From Octopus vulgaris (taxonomy: Eukaryota): a stretch of DNA of 64,000 nt. The stretch lies in assembly GCA_951406725.2 (NCBI GenBank), contig OX597823.1, forward strand, positions 38,502,001 through 38,566,000, in the 5' to 3' direction. Of this stretch, positions 52,568 through 64,000 are shown in pieces (the stretch's first letter is position 1; each line of letters begins with the position of its first letter). Under the pieces are notes generated by a model. It ran no database searches, was not told the origin of the DNA, and was given only the letters and a program-made list of their open reading frames with translations. Made by a program: the position numbers and the translations under genes.

Positions 52568-52885
52568 GGTTTATATAGTGCAAATGAACATGGGCATAAT
52601 TACACCCATAGCAGTTTGTAAAGTGTGTTTAAAATTATAAATGGTGCTGTGAGTAACATGAATTAAAGTTATTTTTTTTAAATTGAAAAGGAAAAAAAAT
52701 GGAAGAAGTAAAACCATTTGGATATGAAGGTCCTATATCAAAATATGAAATTATATTTTACATAACTGATAGAGCATCAGTTGTGTAGCGGACTAGAAAA
52801 TTAACAACAATATGGAGTTCAGAATAGTATTTCATTTTCTATTCTATTGGAGACTTCAGTTCTTTATTGCTATATGTCTCTGAAG

Positions 52886-53205
52886 CAGTGATTCCCAATC
52901 CTTTTGATTTCATGGAACAATGGCGGTCAATTAAGAAAGTCACATATTTAATCTAGAAGCATGTTTTAGCGAAAAAGTGCTGTTTTAAAATTTTTTAATT
53001 TAAATAAACTATTGAAAACTATTGCATATTTGTTTTATTAATCATATGTGTATGATAATAAAATTAGGTTTTTGAAGACAACCAAGCAATAATTTGGATT
53101 TTATAAACCTTTAAATTATAACTAAAAAAATTTAAGGTGCACCTACATGTCCATGGTTCTTTATAATGCATCAGTGTGCTACAGTATATTGTTTAAGAAT
53201 CGCTG
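52886..53205. mobile_element. hAT (Charlie-like) MITE, old
   Basis: Termini CAGTGATTCCCAA and TTAAGAATCGCTG; imperfect 8-bp flanks CTCTGAAG and CTTTAAAC. Confidence 0.55.
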
Positions 53206-54406
53206 CTTTAAACTGACTTTTATGGAATCAGTTTAGCTTACTATTTCAGCCAAGAAATAGACAACTTTCTTAAAATTTACATTATAGTTAACTGAATATT
53301 TAACAAAATCCTGTTTGTATAATACAACTTACACGTCTATGGGCACAGTTACAAATACAGCAAATATGTCACCAGTGTGAGAGTCTTTATAAGGTTATTT
53401 GATTTGCTCAAAATAGTCACTTAGATCATAACCTGTCTTTAAAAATGAAGGACACTACTGGATATTGCAGTCTTACAAATACTGTCTGAACTAATCTTTC
53501 TAAAAATTGTACAGTCAGAGCTGAAACACTTTACATTTGTTCAATCAAAGCAACAACAACAACAACAACAACACAGTGGACATTTAAATCTTCCCTCATG
53601 ATGATGACGTCTATAAGATGTATTTTCTGGTGGGTTTAAGTACAATGGGAGAGAGAGAGAGAGAGAGAGAGAGAGCATGTGAGACCCTTGTTTAGTGTAC
53701 ATTGTGTACATTGTTAGGTCAGCTTTTTTTGTTCTTTTTGTATCAATTTTGATAGAAAGCCTGTTTAGTTAAGAATTAAGTGTGATGTCCAATTCTACTC
53801 AAGAGCCAACAGGATATGTTTAGTATCATTATAGTATCTATCTACTCTGTTATTTCTCTTATTCAAGGATATATATATATATATATATTTTCCATATTAA
53901 ATTAAAACAATTAAAATTAGCAGAAAGAGTATTAACTTGCCATTTCATGTACTAAAACTAATAGCATGCATAAGACATTAATAATTTTCATAATCTCTCC
54001 TCTGTTATATCATGATTACAAAAAATATATCAGCATAGAGTTCCCATGTTATGAAATCCTTATTTTGGACAAAAGGTATAGCATACAGTAGAAGGTGAAA
54101 CCCCATAAAGATACAGGATGAGGGCAGGACTTTTAAATGATTTAGGAAATGGTAGCATAGAACTAGTTTATTTGATGAGTAGAAACCTTTACAGTAAATT
54201 GCAGTAGAAGAAGCAGGAAAAGGAAATAACTGGACATTATTTTTAATCACATATCATATATGCAATAATTTTTATTGCATATTTATTAACTTTTTATCTA
54301 ATTATTCTGAGATAAAATAGTGTGTATTTTCTTTTATATAAGCAAAATATATAAAAATATATAAAATAACTGAGTTCTTTTCTATCTGCTACTGTTCCTG
54401 ACTTAG

Positions 54407-54430
54407 AATTGTGATGATGTTTCTGAATCG
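54407..54430 (+). CDS. Candidate 24-nt frame-preserving microexon (NCDDVSES)
   Basis: ttcttttctatctgctactgttcctgacttag|AATTGTGATGATGTTTCTGAATCG|gtaagc; phase 0/0, compatible with the upstream exon; no homology support. Confidence 0.5.
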
Positions 54431-57400
54431 GTAAGCAGATTATTCTCCTGATTTTCTTGTATTTACCCAATTATAGCTTTAGATAAATATTTTCCCATTT
54501 CTCTACTGGCATGATTTCACTGCATAAATATATACAAACTAAATATTACACATCTCTGGGAGACGTCATTTTTCTTCTTGTTTTATCTTGCATCAAAATA
54601 GACCTCTGTTCAATATCGCTGTTCAATATTCACTGTAATCTTTCATCTTTCATAATGTCATGTTATCTCTTATTTTGTGCTTATCCTATCTACTTCAGGA
54701 CAAACCATGTTGTTTTCTCTGTTGTGCCTTTTACCTTTATTGCTTTCAGATCAACTCCTCAATTTATTCCCATTTAATCTTTCTTCTCTGTATGCTGTCA
54801 AATACTTTATATATTTCTTGCTTAATGTTATCGTGACTATTTACTGTAGTATTGTATACTTAAAGAATGATTTTTGTTAATTATGAAGACTCTTATATTA
54901 TTGTGTACCAATTATTTTTAGATCATAATCAATTCTAGTTTTCTTATTAATTAAATAAGTTTCATAAAAAAAAATCTGCACAGTAATTTCAAATTCAAAA
55001 ATAAAACTTTTTCATTGAAATGTCAGTTAAATTCACTAGACTTGTTGTATAAATAGCAGTTTGCTATTAAAATATCTGCAGTAGAACAATGTATCCTGCT
55101 ATCAACTCTCAAGTTAGAAATAGTTGGGACCATATTTTTTAAAATGTCACTTGCTTGGTTGTAAAATCTTTCACTGATAACCTCTTTTCTCTCTTTTGGT
55201 ATTGTGACTTTTTGTTAAAACTCACTGACTCCATCACTCCATTCATTTTCCTTCATCCCCACTGCATTTTTTCTACATATTATGCACTGTTGTTGTTACT
55301 AGAAAAATAAATCATTATATTCCAGAAGTTAGGTTGTCTCAGCAAAAACATTAATGTTTTACTCACTTCTTTTCCGTTGGTTACATTCTTACTAAGATTG
55401 GAGCAGATCATTCCATTCTGAGAATATTTTGGAGGTGTCATAAAACAAAAAGCTAACTTATAGTTTAGTATATAGTGTACAATAGTATACAAATTACTAC
55501 TTAGTGCAATTAAGAAGCTTGCTTCCCAACAACATGGTTCTGGGTTCAGTTCCACCTTGGGTAAGTGTCTCTTATGATAGCCTTGTGAGTGGATTTGGTG
55601 TATGGAAACTGAAAGAAACCCATTGTATGTGTACACACACACACACACACATATGGGAGAGGAGATTTTGTCTTGACATAGCATGATAATTGTAAATGTT
55701 TTTTACTGTCATACAAGCAGTGTCATTCATTTCCAATATCCTGCCAAAGCATGTCTGGCCATGAGGAAATACTACCTTGCTTAGAAATTGATGAGGGTTA
55801 GTAACAGAAAAGGCATCTGGCTGTGGAAAATTTGTCTCAATAAACTCCATCTGACCTATTCAAGTATGGAAAAGTAGATGGTGATAATTCAATTATAAAA
55901 AAGAAATTTTCAGTGGTCGTTTTATGTACTTGTAAAGTTATGTATCTGTTAAGATATGTCTATTTTAAAGCTGTGTATGTCTGTAAAGATAAGTTTATTT
56001 TAATATTGTATATGTTTGTAAAGATGTGTCTATTTTAATATTGTATGTGTCTTTTAAATATAATAGCAAAAACACCACCCCAAGGGTAGTGTTTCTGCTT
56101 GTATAAGATGAATTGAAAAATTCTAGTATGGAAACAAATAGTGCAGTATGTATATTGTGTTATTGTATTGTAATCAATATGTTAAATGAAATCAATATAT
56201 TATCTAACAATAGACATAACGTTAATGGTATAAACACAGAAATTGATCAAGGCCTTCATTATTCGAAGGACCAGGGCTTACACATTTATGTATAACAGAA
56301 TGAAACTTGAAATAAAAAAATTCTGTGTAATTTTGATATAATATAGTGCTAATCTCAAAGATAAACTTTGTAATCACCTATTTTTAATGAATGTGTATGA
56401 GTGAGAGAGAGAGTTGCAAGGAAAGACACTAAGGGTAAGAATGAGAGAGGTAAAGTTATAATGATAAAGAAAGAAGAAGAGTATTACCACAGAGATGGTA
56501 AATGAAGAGATGGAAAGAAAGAGAGAGAAGGAAGTAGTGTAAGATTTAATAAAATACTATCATGCTGTGAATTAACGTTAGTTTTTTTGTTTTTTTTAAA
56601 AATTAAATAGCTGAAATCTTCAATTATAAAAGTACTTTAAAATCACATTTTGATAAAAACTATATTAAAATTAGAATTTTAAATTTTCTAGAGAGTGTAG
56701 ACATTAATTGCTTTCTTTTAGAAAAAGGTACATACTCATGACTAATTAATAAGCTATTTTCCTCATTATACTATATAGATATATATTGTATGTATACTAT
56801 ACTGTCTTTAAAGATATGCATTTCTAAAATTGCACGTGCCTTTTAAAGTTATGTATACTTTTTTAAATTATAAATGTCTTTAAAAGATATGCTTGTTTCT
56901 GAGACCATTGTAACCTTCAAGTCTTTTAGGATAGTCTGCAAATATTTTAACCATTTAATATATTAATGCACTTATATGATGTCAGATATACAACCTGCAG
57001 TCACTTAGTTCAAATGAAGAGTAATTAAATGAAGAAAACAAAAGAAATTCTAAATAGAGACTTGGTTATTTTTCAAGTTATTTCTTGTAGAATACATTCT
57101 GAAAGTAAAGATGGTAGTTATACCTCACTTTAAAATAAGTAAACTTAAGAAGTTATATTTTTTGAAATTCCTAATTTTGATGTTGCTTTATGGATTCTAT
57201 AAACTACTTAAATTGTTTTATTCAAAATAAGCAATATTTTATGAAGAAATTGTCTGTTGGGATTTTCAACATAAAATGAGTTTAACAATATAAGCACCAA
57301 CTTTAAACTGACTTAGTGACTGAAGCATTTGTCTTTTCTATCGAAGTTGTGTTTGTAATGGTAAACATTTTATTGTTCTTTTAAAACAAAATTAGATAAA

Positions 57401-58870
57401 AGTTTATTTCAATGAAATTTGGGAAATTACTAAACTTTTTGAGAAAATAACTTTATATTATAGACATTTCTTACATTGTCTGGCTGAATAATAGAAAATT
57501 GCTTTTGACTTAATTATCTTTTGTTTCCATATTTTTTAAGACATTATGTTAGTTACAGTTTAATGATCTCATTTACAATATACAGTTCCAATACAGTATA
57601 AATGAAATGGAAGCTACTTGGCTATCTAGGTCCCTTTATATATAGAGAGATGTATTTCTCTGGAGGTGGCACCTATAATTATCTAAGTTATTTCTTGATA
57701 GTTTAAAGAAATGGGAAAGCCAATTCTTTAAATTAAAAGGAAAAAATTTGTATCAATATATTCATGTAAAACCCTTCAAGATTTTTGTCTAATGAGGAAA
57801 TTAATGTCTTAACTGCTTTACCTAAGAGTCAGAGAAATGACCTAAAACCTTACAAATATCCAAAGTTGATCCTGAAGTTGCACTTCTCTATAAACAATAT
57901 ATTTTGCAACTAGTCAAAACAAAAATTGTCAATTCCACCTTCAACAATGTAGTGAATCTTTGATTTGTTAATAAACTCCTTTGAATTCTTCAATCTAAAT
58001 GATGCTGTTATGTCAGTATGATGATAGATGAAGGCAAGAAACACTAGGGATTTCGATATATTTAGTTATGTTCTACCTTCAGATCCTGCTCAGTCAAGTT
58101 GACTTTTCATCCTTACAGACCAAAAATGCAAGTTCCAATTAGATACAAAGGCTAAATCAATTAAATATTCTCCTCTTTGTGGAGTCCAAGTTAAAAATCA
58201 ATATTATTTACAAATACGTTTTTCTTCCTCTCTACATTGGATTATATCAAGGAGGAGTGTGAGGTAGTAACAATATATTTCCACTGGAATTGTCTGTATT
58301 GTTTGCTGTGGATGTTTGAGACAGAGATATTTCTTGACTGTATGTTTAGTGTTTTTAATCAATCAATATGTTTGGTCCAATAATAAATGAGTTGTAATAT
58401 TAGGCTAATCTTTGGCAAAAGCAGAGCCAGCCTATAATTCTTTTCCTACTTCTAAAAATCATTTTAATACTAATGTCCCCAAATAGTGACTGTATCAGAT
58501 ATTGAGTTGCTAAGAACAGATATTACACTTCGATCTTCACCAAAATCTCCAAGGAGAGATGTAGTATGTTATTTCTAACCAGAATCTTCTAAACTGATTA
58601 AAACAGACTATACTTAAATATATTCAGTTAGTGTTACTAATGGTCGTTATCAGCCTACTCTGGCCCCTGTGCCAGTGGCATGTAAAAAGCAACCACTACA
58701 CTCTTGGAGTGGTTGGCGTTAGGAAGGTCATCCAGCTGTAGAAACACTGTCAGATCACACTAGAGCCTGGTGCAGCCTCCTGGCTTCCCAGACCCAAGTC
58801 GAACCGTTCAACCCATGCCAGCATGGAAAATGGACATTAAATGATGATGATGATATATATATATTATATA

Positions 58871-58926
<56 letters not shown>

Positions 58927-58939
58927 CATATACAAACTA

Positions 58940-60392
58940 AACTGCTTGTTCTAATGGTTTCCCAGCAATCCTCCTCAAATCATGTAAGCGTGCCCTGACA
59001 AAATCTCTCCAGATTCTCTTCCAGAGCTTTCTTGCAAATGCAGACTGCCAAGCAAGGTGAAAGAGGGAATAATATGCCCAATCCATAAAGGAGGAAGCAG
59101 ATCAGATGCCAAAAACTATAGGCCTATCTCTCTGACTTCACACATCAGCAAAGTCATGGAATGGATAGTCAGAGGGAAACTAATCGCATTCCTTGAAAAA
59201 AATAACTTGCTGACTGATACCCAGCAAGGCTTTCGACCAGGTAGGAGCTGCCTGACCCAGCTCTTACAACATTATGACTGGGTGTTGAGGTAGTTACTCA
59301 ACACCTCAAATGTAAATAATAATAATAATAAAACATTGTGTACAGTGCTCAGGTGCACTACAACTCATCTAAAGTGTATGTATAATCAGGTGTAGTTTTG
59401 GCAGATTTCGGAAAGCATGAGGGCCTTAAAGGATGCAGTGTCATGGCAGTCAATGACTGACGCAGGCAGTTTGTTCCATGCTTCAGCAACTCTGAGCGTG
59501 AAAAAATGTTTCCGAAAGTCATGGGAGCTTTGTTGTTTTCTGACTTTGTAGGCATGTCCACGTGTGTTGGACACATGGAGATCAAAAAGGTGTTCAGTGT
59601 TGTTGTTGGTGAGGTGGTTGATAACTTTGTGGGTGTTTACCAAGTCCATCGCCAGATGCCAGAGCTTCAGTGAATCCATGCCCAGGGAAACAAGGCGCTC
59701 AGAGTATGGTAGGAGTATGGAGGGTATGCGTTTGGTTGCACACCTCTGAACAGATTCCAGGAGGTCAATGTTCTGAATGTACCTTGATTTTGCAAAAGCT
59801 TTTATCAAAGTGAATCATGGTATGATATGTCGTAAACTGCATGATCTCGGTATAGCTGGAAAACTTGGAGAGTGGTTACATGACTTTCTGAAAGATAGAA
59901 GTCAGGCAGTAGAGGACAATGGAGCCACCTCAATGCAAACACAAATAGTGAGCGGTGTTCCACAAGGCACTGTCTTGGGACAACTGCTTTTCATAGCGGC
60001 CCTCTCAGATATGCCTTTCACTGCCCGGATAGCCACCCTTGTCAGCTATGCAGAAAATACAGAACCCCAACGATGTTACACCTCTGCAGCAGGAGTTAGA
60101 CTCAATTTACAGATGGGCTGAGGAGAATAATATGCAGTTTAATGCTGAAAAATGACAAGCCTTTTGCTACCAGCATCCAAAACTAAATATGAAACTTACA
60201 GGGTGCACTGGTCCATAGGAATTACAATCCCAGAGCCTAAATCAGTGAGGGACCTGGGTATCAACATGAGTGATGATACCTCTTTTCAAGTGCACATTAC
60301 CAGGATGGTCATAAAGTGCAAAGAACAGGCTGGCTGAATCCTGAGAACATTCAGTACCAGGAAACTTTGATGGTCCTCTGGAGGGCCATCAT
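58940..60392 (+). mobile_element. CR1/L2-group LINE reverse transcriptase fragment, interrupted
   Basis: PIHKGGSRSDAKNYRPISLTS, QQGFRPGRSCLTQL, YLDFAKAF, SGVPQGTVLG, YAEN (YADD remnant), VRDLGI. Confidence 0.9.
59315..59775 (-). mobile_element. 5'-truncated CR1-like LINE 3' end nested in the opposite orientation
   Basis: LLESVQRCATKRI...YSERL...TRGH...FFTLRVAEAWNKLP, a short 3' UTR and a (TTA)n tail. Confidence 0.88.
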
Positions 60393-60393
60393 T

Positions 60394-60427
<34 letters not shown>

Positions 60428-60432
60428 CAGAT

Positions 60433-60465
<33 letters not shown>

Positions 60466-60925
60466 AATATACATATACACATATACACATATATACAGAT
60501 ATACATACATACGTGTACATACACATACACACATATATACATACATATATATATGCATACACACATATATATATACATATAGATACAAATATATATATAC
60601 ATATTTATACATACACACATATATATATATATATATACATACGTATATATACATACCTATACACATAGATATACATATACATACACATGCACACATACAT
60701 ATATACATACATATACACATACATACACATACACATGTGTATACATACACATATATACATACATATGTATAGTATCTAATTCTCTCATCCTTATTAATTA
60801 ATTATATATATATATATATATATATACATACATATACACACACACATGCATATACACATATATACACATACATATATCTACATATACACACATATATATA
60901 TATATATACACATACATATACATGT
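60393..60925. repeat. Compound (CA)/(TA) microsatellite
   Basis: Seen directly; similar tracts at 4501-4558 and 16000-16325. Confidence 0.9.
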
Positions 60926-61149
60926 ACTTTCCTATATACATGCTCAAGCACATAGATATGCAAAACTATATATCGATGGCATCAGATATAAATATAAGAA
61001 AAAATAATTAATATAACATGTCTATGTTTACAAGCGCTTACATGCATATACACAAACATATATTTATTCATATATATACTTATAAAAAGTATACATACGA
61101 GTACAGATATACATACTTAATAAAATTTCCTAAACACGTATTTAGAATA

Positions 61150-62570
61150 GTGTGTACAAGATAGAACACTCTCATGTCTTTCATGAAGCAATTTCTTCTG
61201 ATATAATTCATCTATATACAGGTTCTATCTAGCATCATTAATTTTATATGATCTAGCATGACTAAGTATTTTCCAATTTATTTTGTAATATTTCTTACTA
61301 TCCTTCAATTCCCAGATTAATTTACTTAGACTAGTATTGTTAAATCTGTCTCTATTCCTAAAGCGATCCGGTTAGCTATCCATTTTTTAATAAAATTTTC
61401 CATAGACCCTATGTAAAAATAATTTCTTGGTTCCGAATCCACCCTGCATCTATATTCAATATTATTCTGTAAGCAAAAATTATTAAATAAACATTTATCC
61501 TTATATCTACAATCACAGTTCCTAGCTAGATCATTATCTGTAATATTATTGCTATTTTGTCCTTTGTTATAAAAATTGTCCAGACTTTTATTATTGAAGG
61601 AGGAGATAATTCTAAACAAAGTTTTAGGTACTGAAAAACCTTTTATTATTAATTATTTTATAATATTTATGTTCTTTATTAAAGTGCTTATATATAGATC
61701 TGTAAAATAGCTTGACTAGATTCATTTTTATTTGTCATGTATAAACCAATATTATTATCTTCATTATACTTAACATCACTGGGTGTATTTAGTTTGTCAT
61801 ATGGCATATATTTATTATCATTAGACCTAAGTTTATTTAAATATTTATTTTTATTCAGGGTATATTTACTACTCATGTTCTTATTAATATTAATGCTATT
61901 ATTAATCATATTACTATTTACAAATAAATGGGATATCTTTCTACTATTATATTCATCCACTTCGTTGTCAATCAGTTTTCCATTATTATAATAAGATTTG
62001 TTGTAGTTCTCATTTTTATTACAGTATACTACATTATTATTAAAGATTTCCTCATTAGATGACAAATAGGAAACGTGTTTCAAAATGTTATCAACCAGAT
62101 TTCTTGTGAAAGCTTTAGGATGGTTATTGTGAAAGTTAATGTTTTTAAAACTACTATTTGGTTTATAATAAGAACTATATAGGCCAATAACAAGATTTAG
62201 GTTTACATCTAGGTAATTAACTGAATCATGTTCATTTTCTATAGAGATAGATAAACCAAATCTTTTGAAAAAACTATGGAACTTTTTCATATATAGGTTT
62301 ATTTTTCTATTGGATATACTGTTTATCAAAAATAGGGCATCAACTGTATAGAGACCACCTTTAATTTCTGGGAATTCATTGTGGAAATGATATAGTATGT
62401 AAATACCTACTAAATCAGTAACTTTGGCTGAATCAGCCGAACCTATTGTTCTGTCAAAATAATCGGTAATATTTTTTTCTGGCCCAGTACTTGTTATTGA
62501 ATACAATGATAGACTTCCTAGCTTCCAAAATAACTTTAATTTCTCTTAAAATTAAGTAAAAAATTTTCTT
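61150..62570 (-). mobile_element. Penelope-like element (Neptune-type RT and GIY-YIG endonuclease), degenerate
   Basis: GSADSAKVTDLVG, GGLYTVDAL (YxDD remnant), VNYLDVNLNL, YKPN, then CDCRYKDKCLFNNFC...IEY...YIGSME (Cys-rich linker plus GIY-YIG). Confidence 0.85.
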
Positions 62571-62733
62571 AGCAAAAATATGTGCACTATTTAGTACAAA
62601 TGGATTAATTCTGCACTATTTAGTGCACTACTTAGATTAAGTGCACTATTTAGTACAATTGGATTAACCACAACGCATATGGCATGGTAGTTAAGAGTGC
62701 AGACTACTAACCCCATATATATATATGTATATA

Positions 62734-64000
62734 CTAGCTGGTGTACCCGGTAATTCCCAGGAGTAAAGATGTTCTATTGAAATACCTTATTACTCTGATA
62801 TAAGAAAGCCATTTTGTTATAACTGCCACAAAAGGTGTATTTTCCATCACAAAAAGTACAAAAACTGTCAGCTGGAGGAGGGAGAGATTGCTGGAGGTTG
62901 GTGAGACAGGTTTTCCGATGTTGGTGAAAAAGATTGTCCAAGGTTGGTGAGAGAGGTTGTTGGAAGTTGGCGAGAGAGGTTGTCGAAGGTTGGCAAGAGA
63001 GGTCATCAAAAGTTGTCTAGAGGGGTTGTTGGAGATTATTGAGAGAGGTTTTTGGAGATTGCTGAGAGAGATTGTCAGACGTTGAGAGGTTTTCGGAGGT
63101 TGGCAAGAGAGGTGGTTGTAGATTGGCAAGGGAGGTTGTTGGAGGGAGAGGCATCTTTGTTCCAAAATTTCAGTCTTTCAAGGATTTGTGATACACAATG
63201 CTTTTGGTTTTGCTGTTGGGTGCATAGATGAATAAATTTTCCAGATTTCCAACTCTAGAGCATCTGACATAGAGCTGTCTGTGAGAAAAAGCAGCTCCTG
63301 CAAGATTAACGCCTATCACTTTCAATGTCTGACCCTGTACTTTGTTGATGCTCATTGCAAAGCATAATCTCAGTGGGAATTGTAGCATTTTGAAATCAAT
63401 TTGTGTGTTGGGAGGAATCAGAGGAATCTTTGGAATGAAAACATCTTTACCACTTGCTTTCCCAGTCAGTATTGTTACTTTCAACACTGTCTGCATCAAG
63501 TTTTTGATAAGTCTTGTGCCATTGCATAATTTTGGAGGATTGAGGTTTCTTAAAAGCATAACTGGGGCTCCAACCATCAGATGCAATTTATGCGGTGGTA
63601 GACCTGAAGGTGCAAGGCTATTGAGGAATTCAATGGGGTAATGAACTGCATCATTGGTGTGGAGCACAGTATCAATTGAGTTGTATGTTCAATGTCAGAG
63701 TTATGGGCATTCATAGTGTAATGAAATTTAATTGAAAACCCTGCATGCATTGGCAGCATTTAGTTATTTGAAGATGGTGGAAAAATGTCTATTAATGAAA
63801 TGTGTAAATTAATTACAGCAATATGTATATAATTGTTTAGATATTGAAGTAGACTAGATGAAGAATAATTGTTTTATTTCGTAAATATGAAACATAATGA
63901 ATCAGAGACTTACTTGAGATCGCCATTGTTGCATTAGAGCAGCTAGTGAAGTAGAAGCACCCAATTGTATTCTGACCTGTAGCATTTTAAAGGTGAACTT
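62734..64000 (-). mobile_element. Helitron 3' part with PIF1-like helicase C-terminus
   Basis: [17 protein letters not shown]...MLLRNL...[38 protein letters not shown]; 3' end CCTGGGAATTACCGGG...CTAG|T. Confidence 0.92.
62870..63150. repeat. ~22-bp minisatellite inside the Helitron 3' region
   Basis: About a dozen degenerate GAGAGGTTGTTGGAGGTTGGCA-like units. Confidence 0.8.

Noticed and set aside
62734-63165. 143-aa ORF, or CRISPR-like array
   Set aside because: This is a degenerate minisatellite without unique spacers in a eukaryotic Helitron.
63911-63976. Minus-strand exon-like segment with a GTAAGT donor, suggesting an exon captured by the Helitron
   Set aside because: Another frame resembles decayed helicase sequence (LLxxGNGD-like), so degenerate Helitron coding sequence is the simpler explanation.

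Overview
AT-rich, microsatellite-dense eukaryotic genomic DNA; the repeat families look like octopus (cephalopod), which is an inference. The whole window lies inside one large + strand gene for an oxysterol-binding protein-related protein of the OSBPL3/6/7 (ORP3/6/7) subfamily. I traced seven phase-compatible exons from the end of the PH domain through the coiled-coil region, plus a candidate 24-nt microexon; the gene starts before and ends after the window. Introns are filled with mobile-element relics: three mariners, a Tc1/maT fragment, piggyBac- and hAT-type MITEs, two Helitrons, several Dong/R4-clade retrotransposons in (TAA)n, RTE, nested CR1/L2-like LINEs, Penelope-like elements and many tRNA-derived SINEs. 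The most interesting signals are non-coding: several minimal type I hammerhead-ribozyme motifs in different repeats (two with an atypical CUGUUGA core), a tRNA-headed element flanked by inverted hammerhead-bearing arms, a pre-miRNA-like intronic hairpin and the microexon. Almost all long ORFs in the supplied track are microsatellite or antisense artefacts. All calls were made by eye; nothing was searched or folded computationally.
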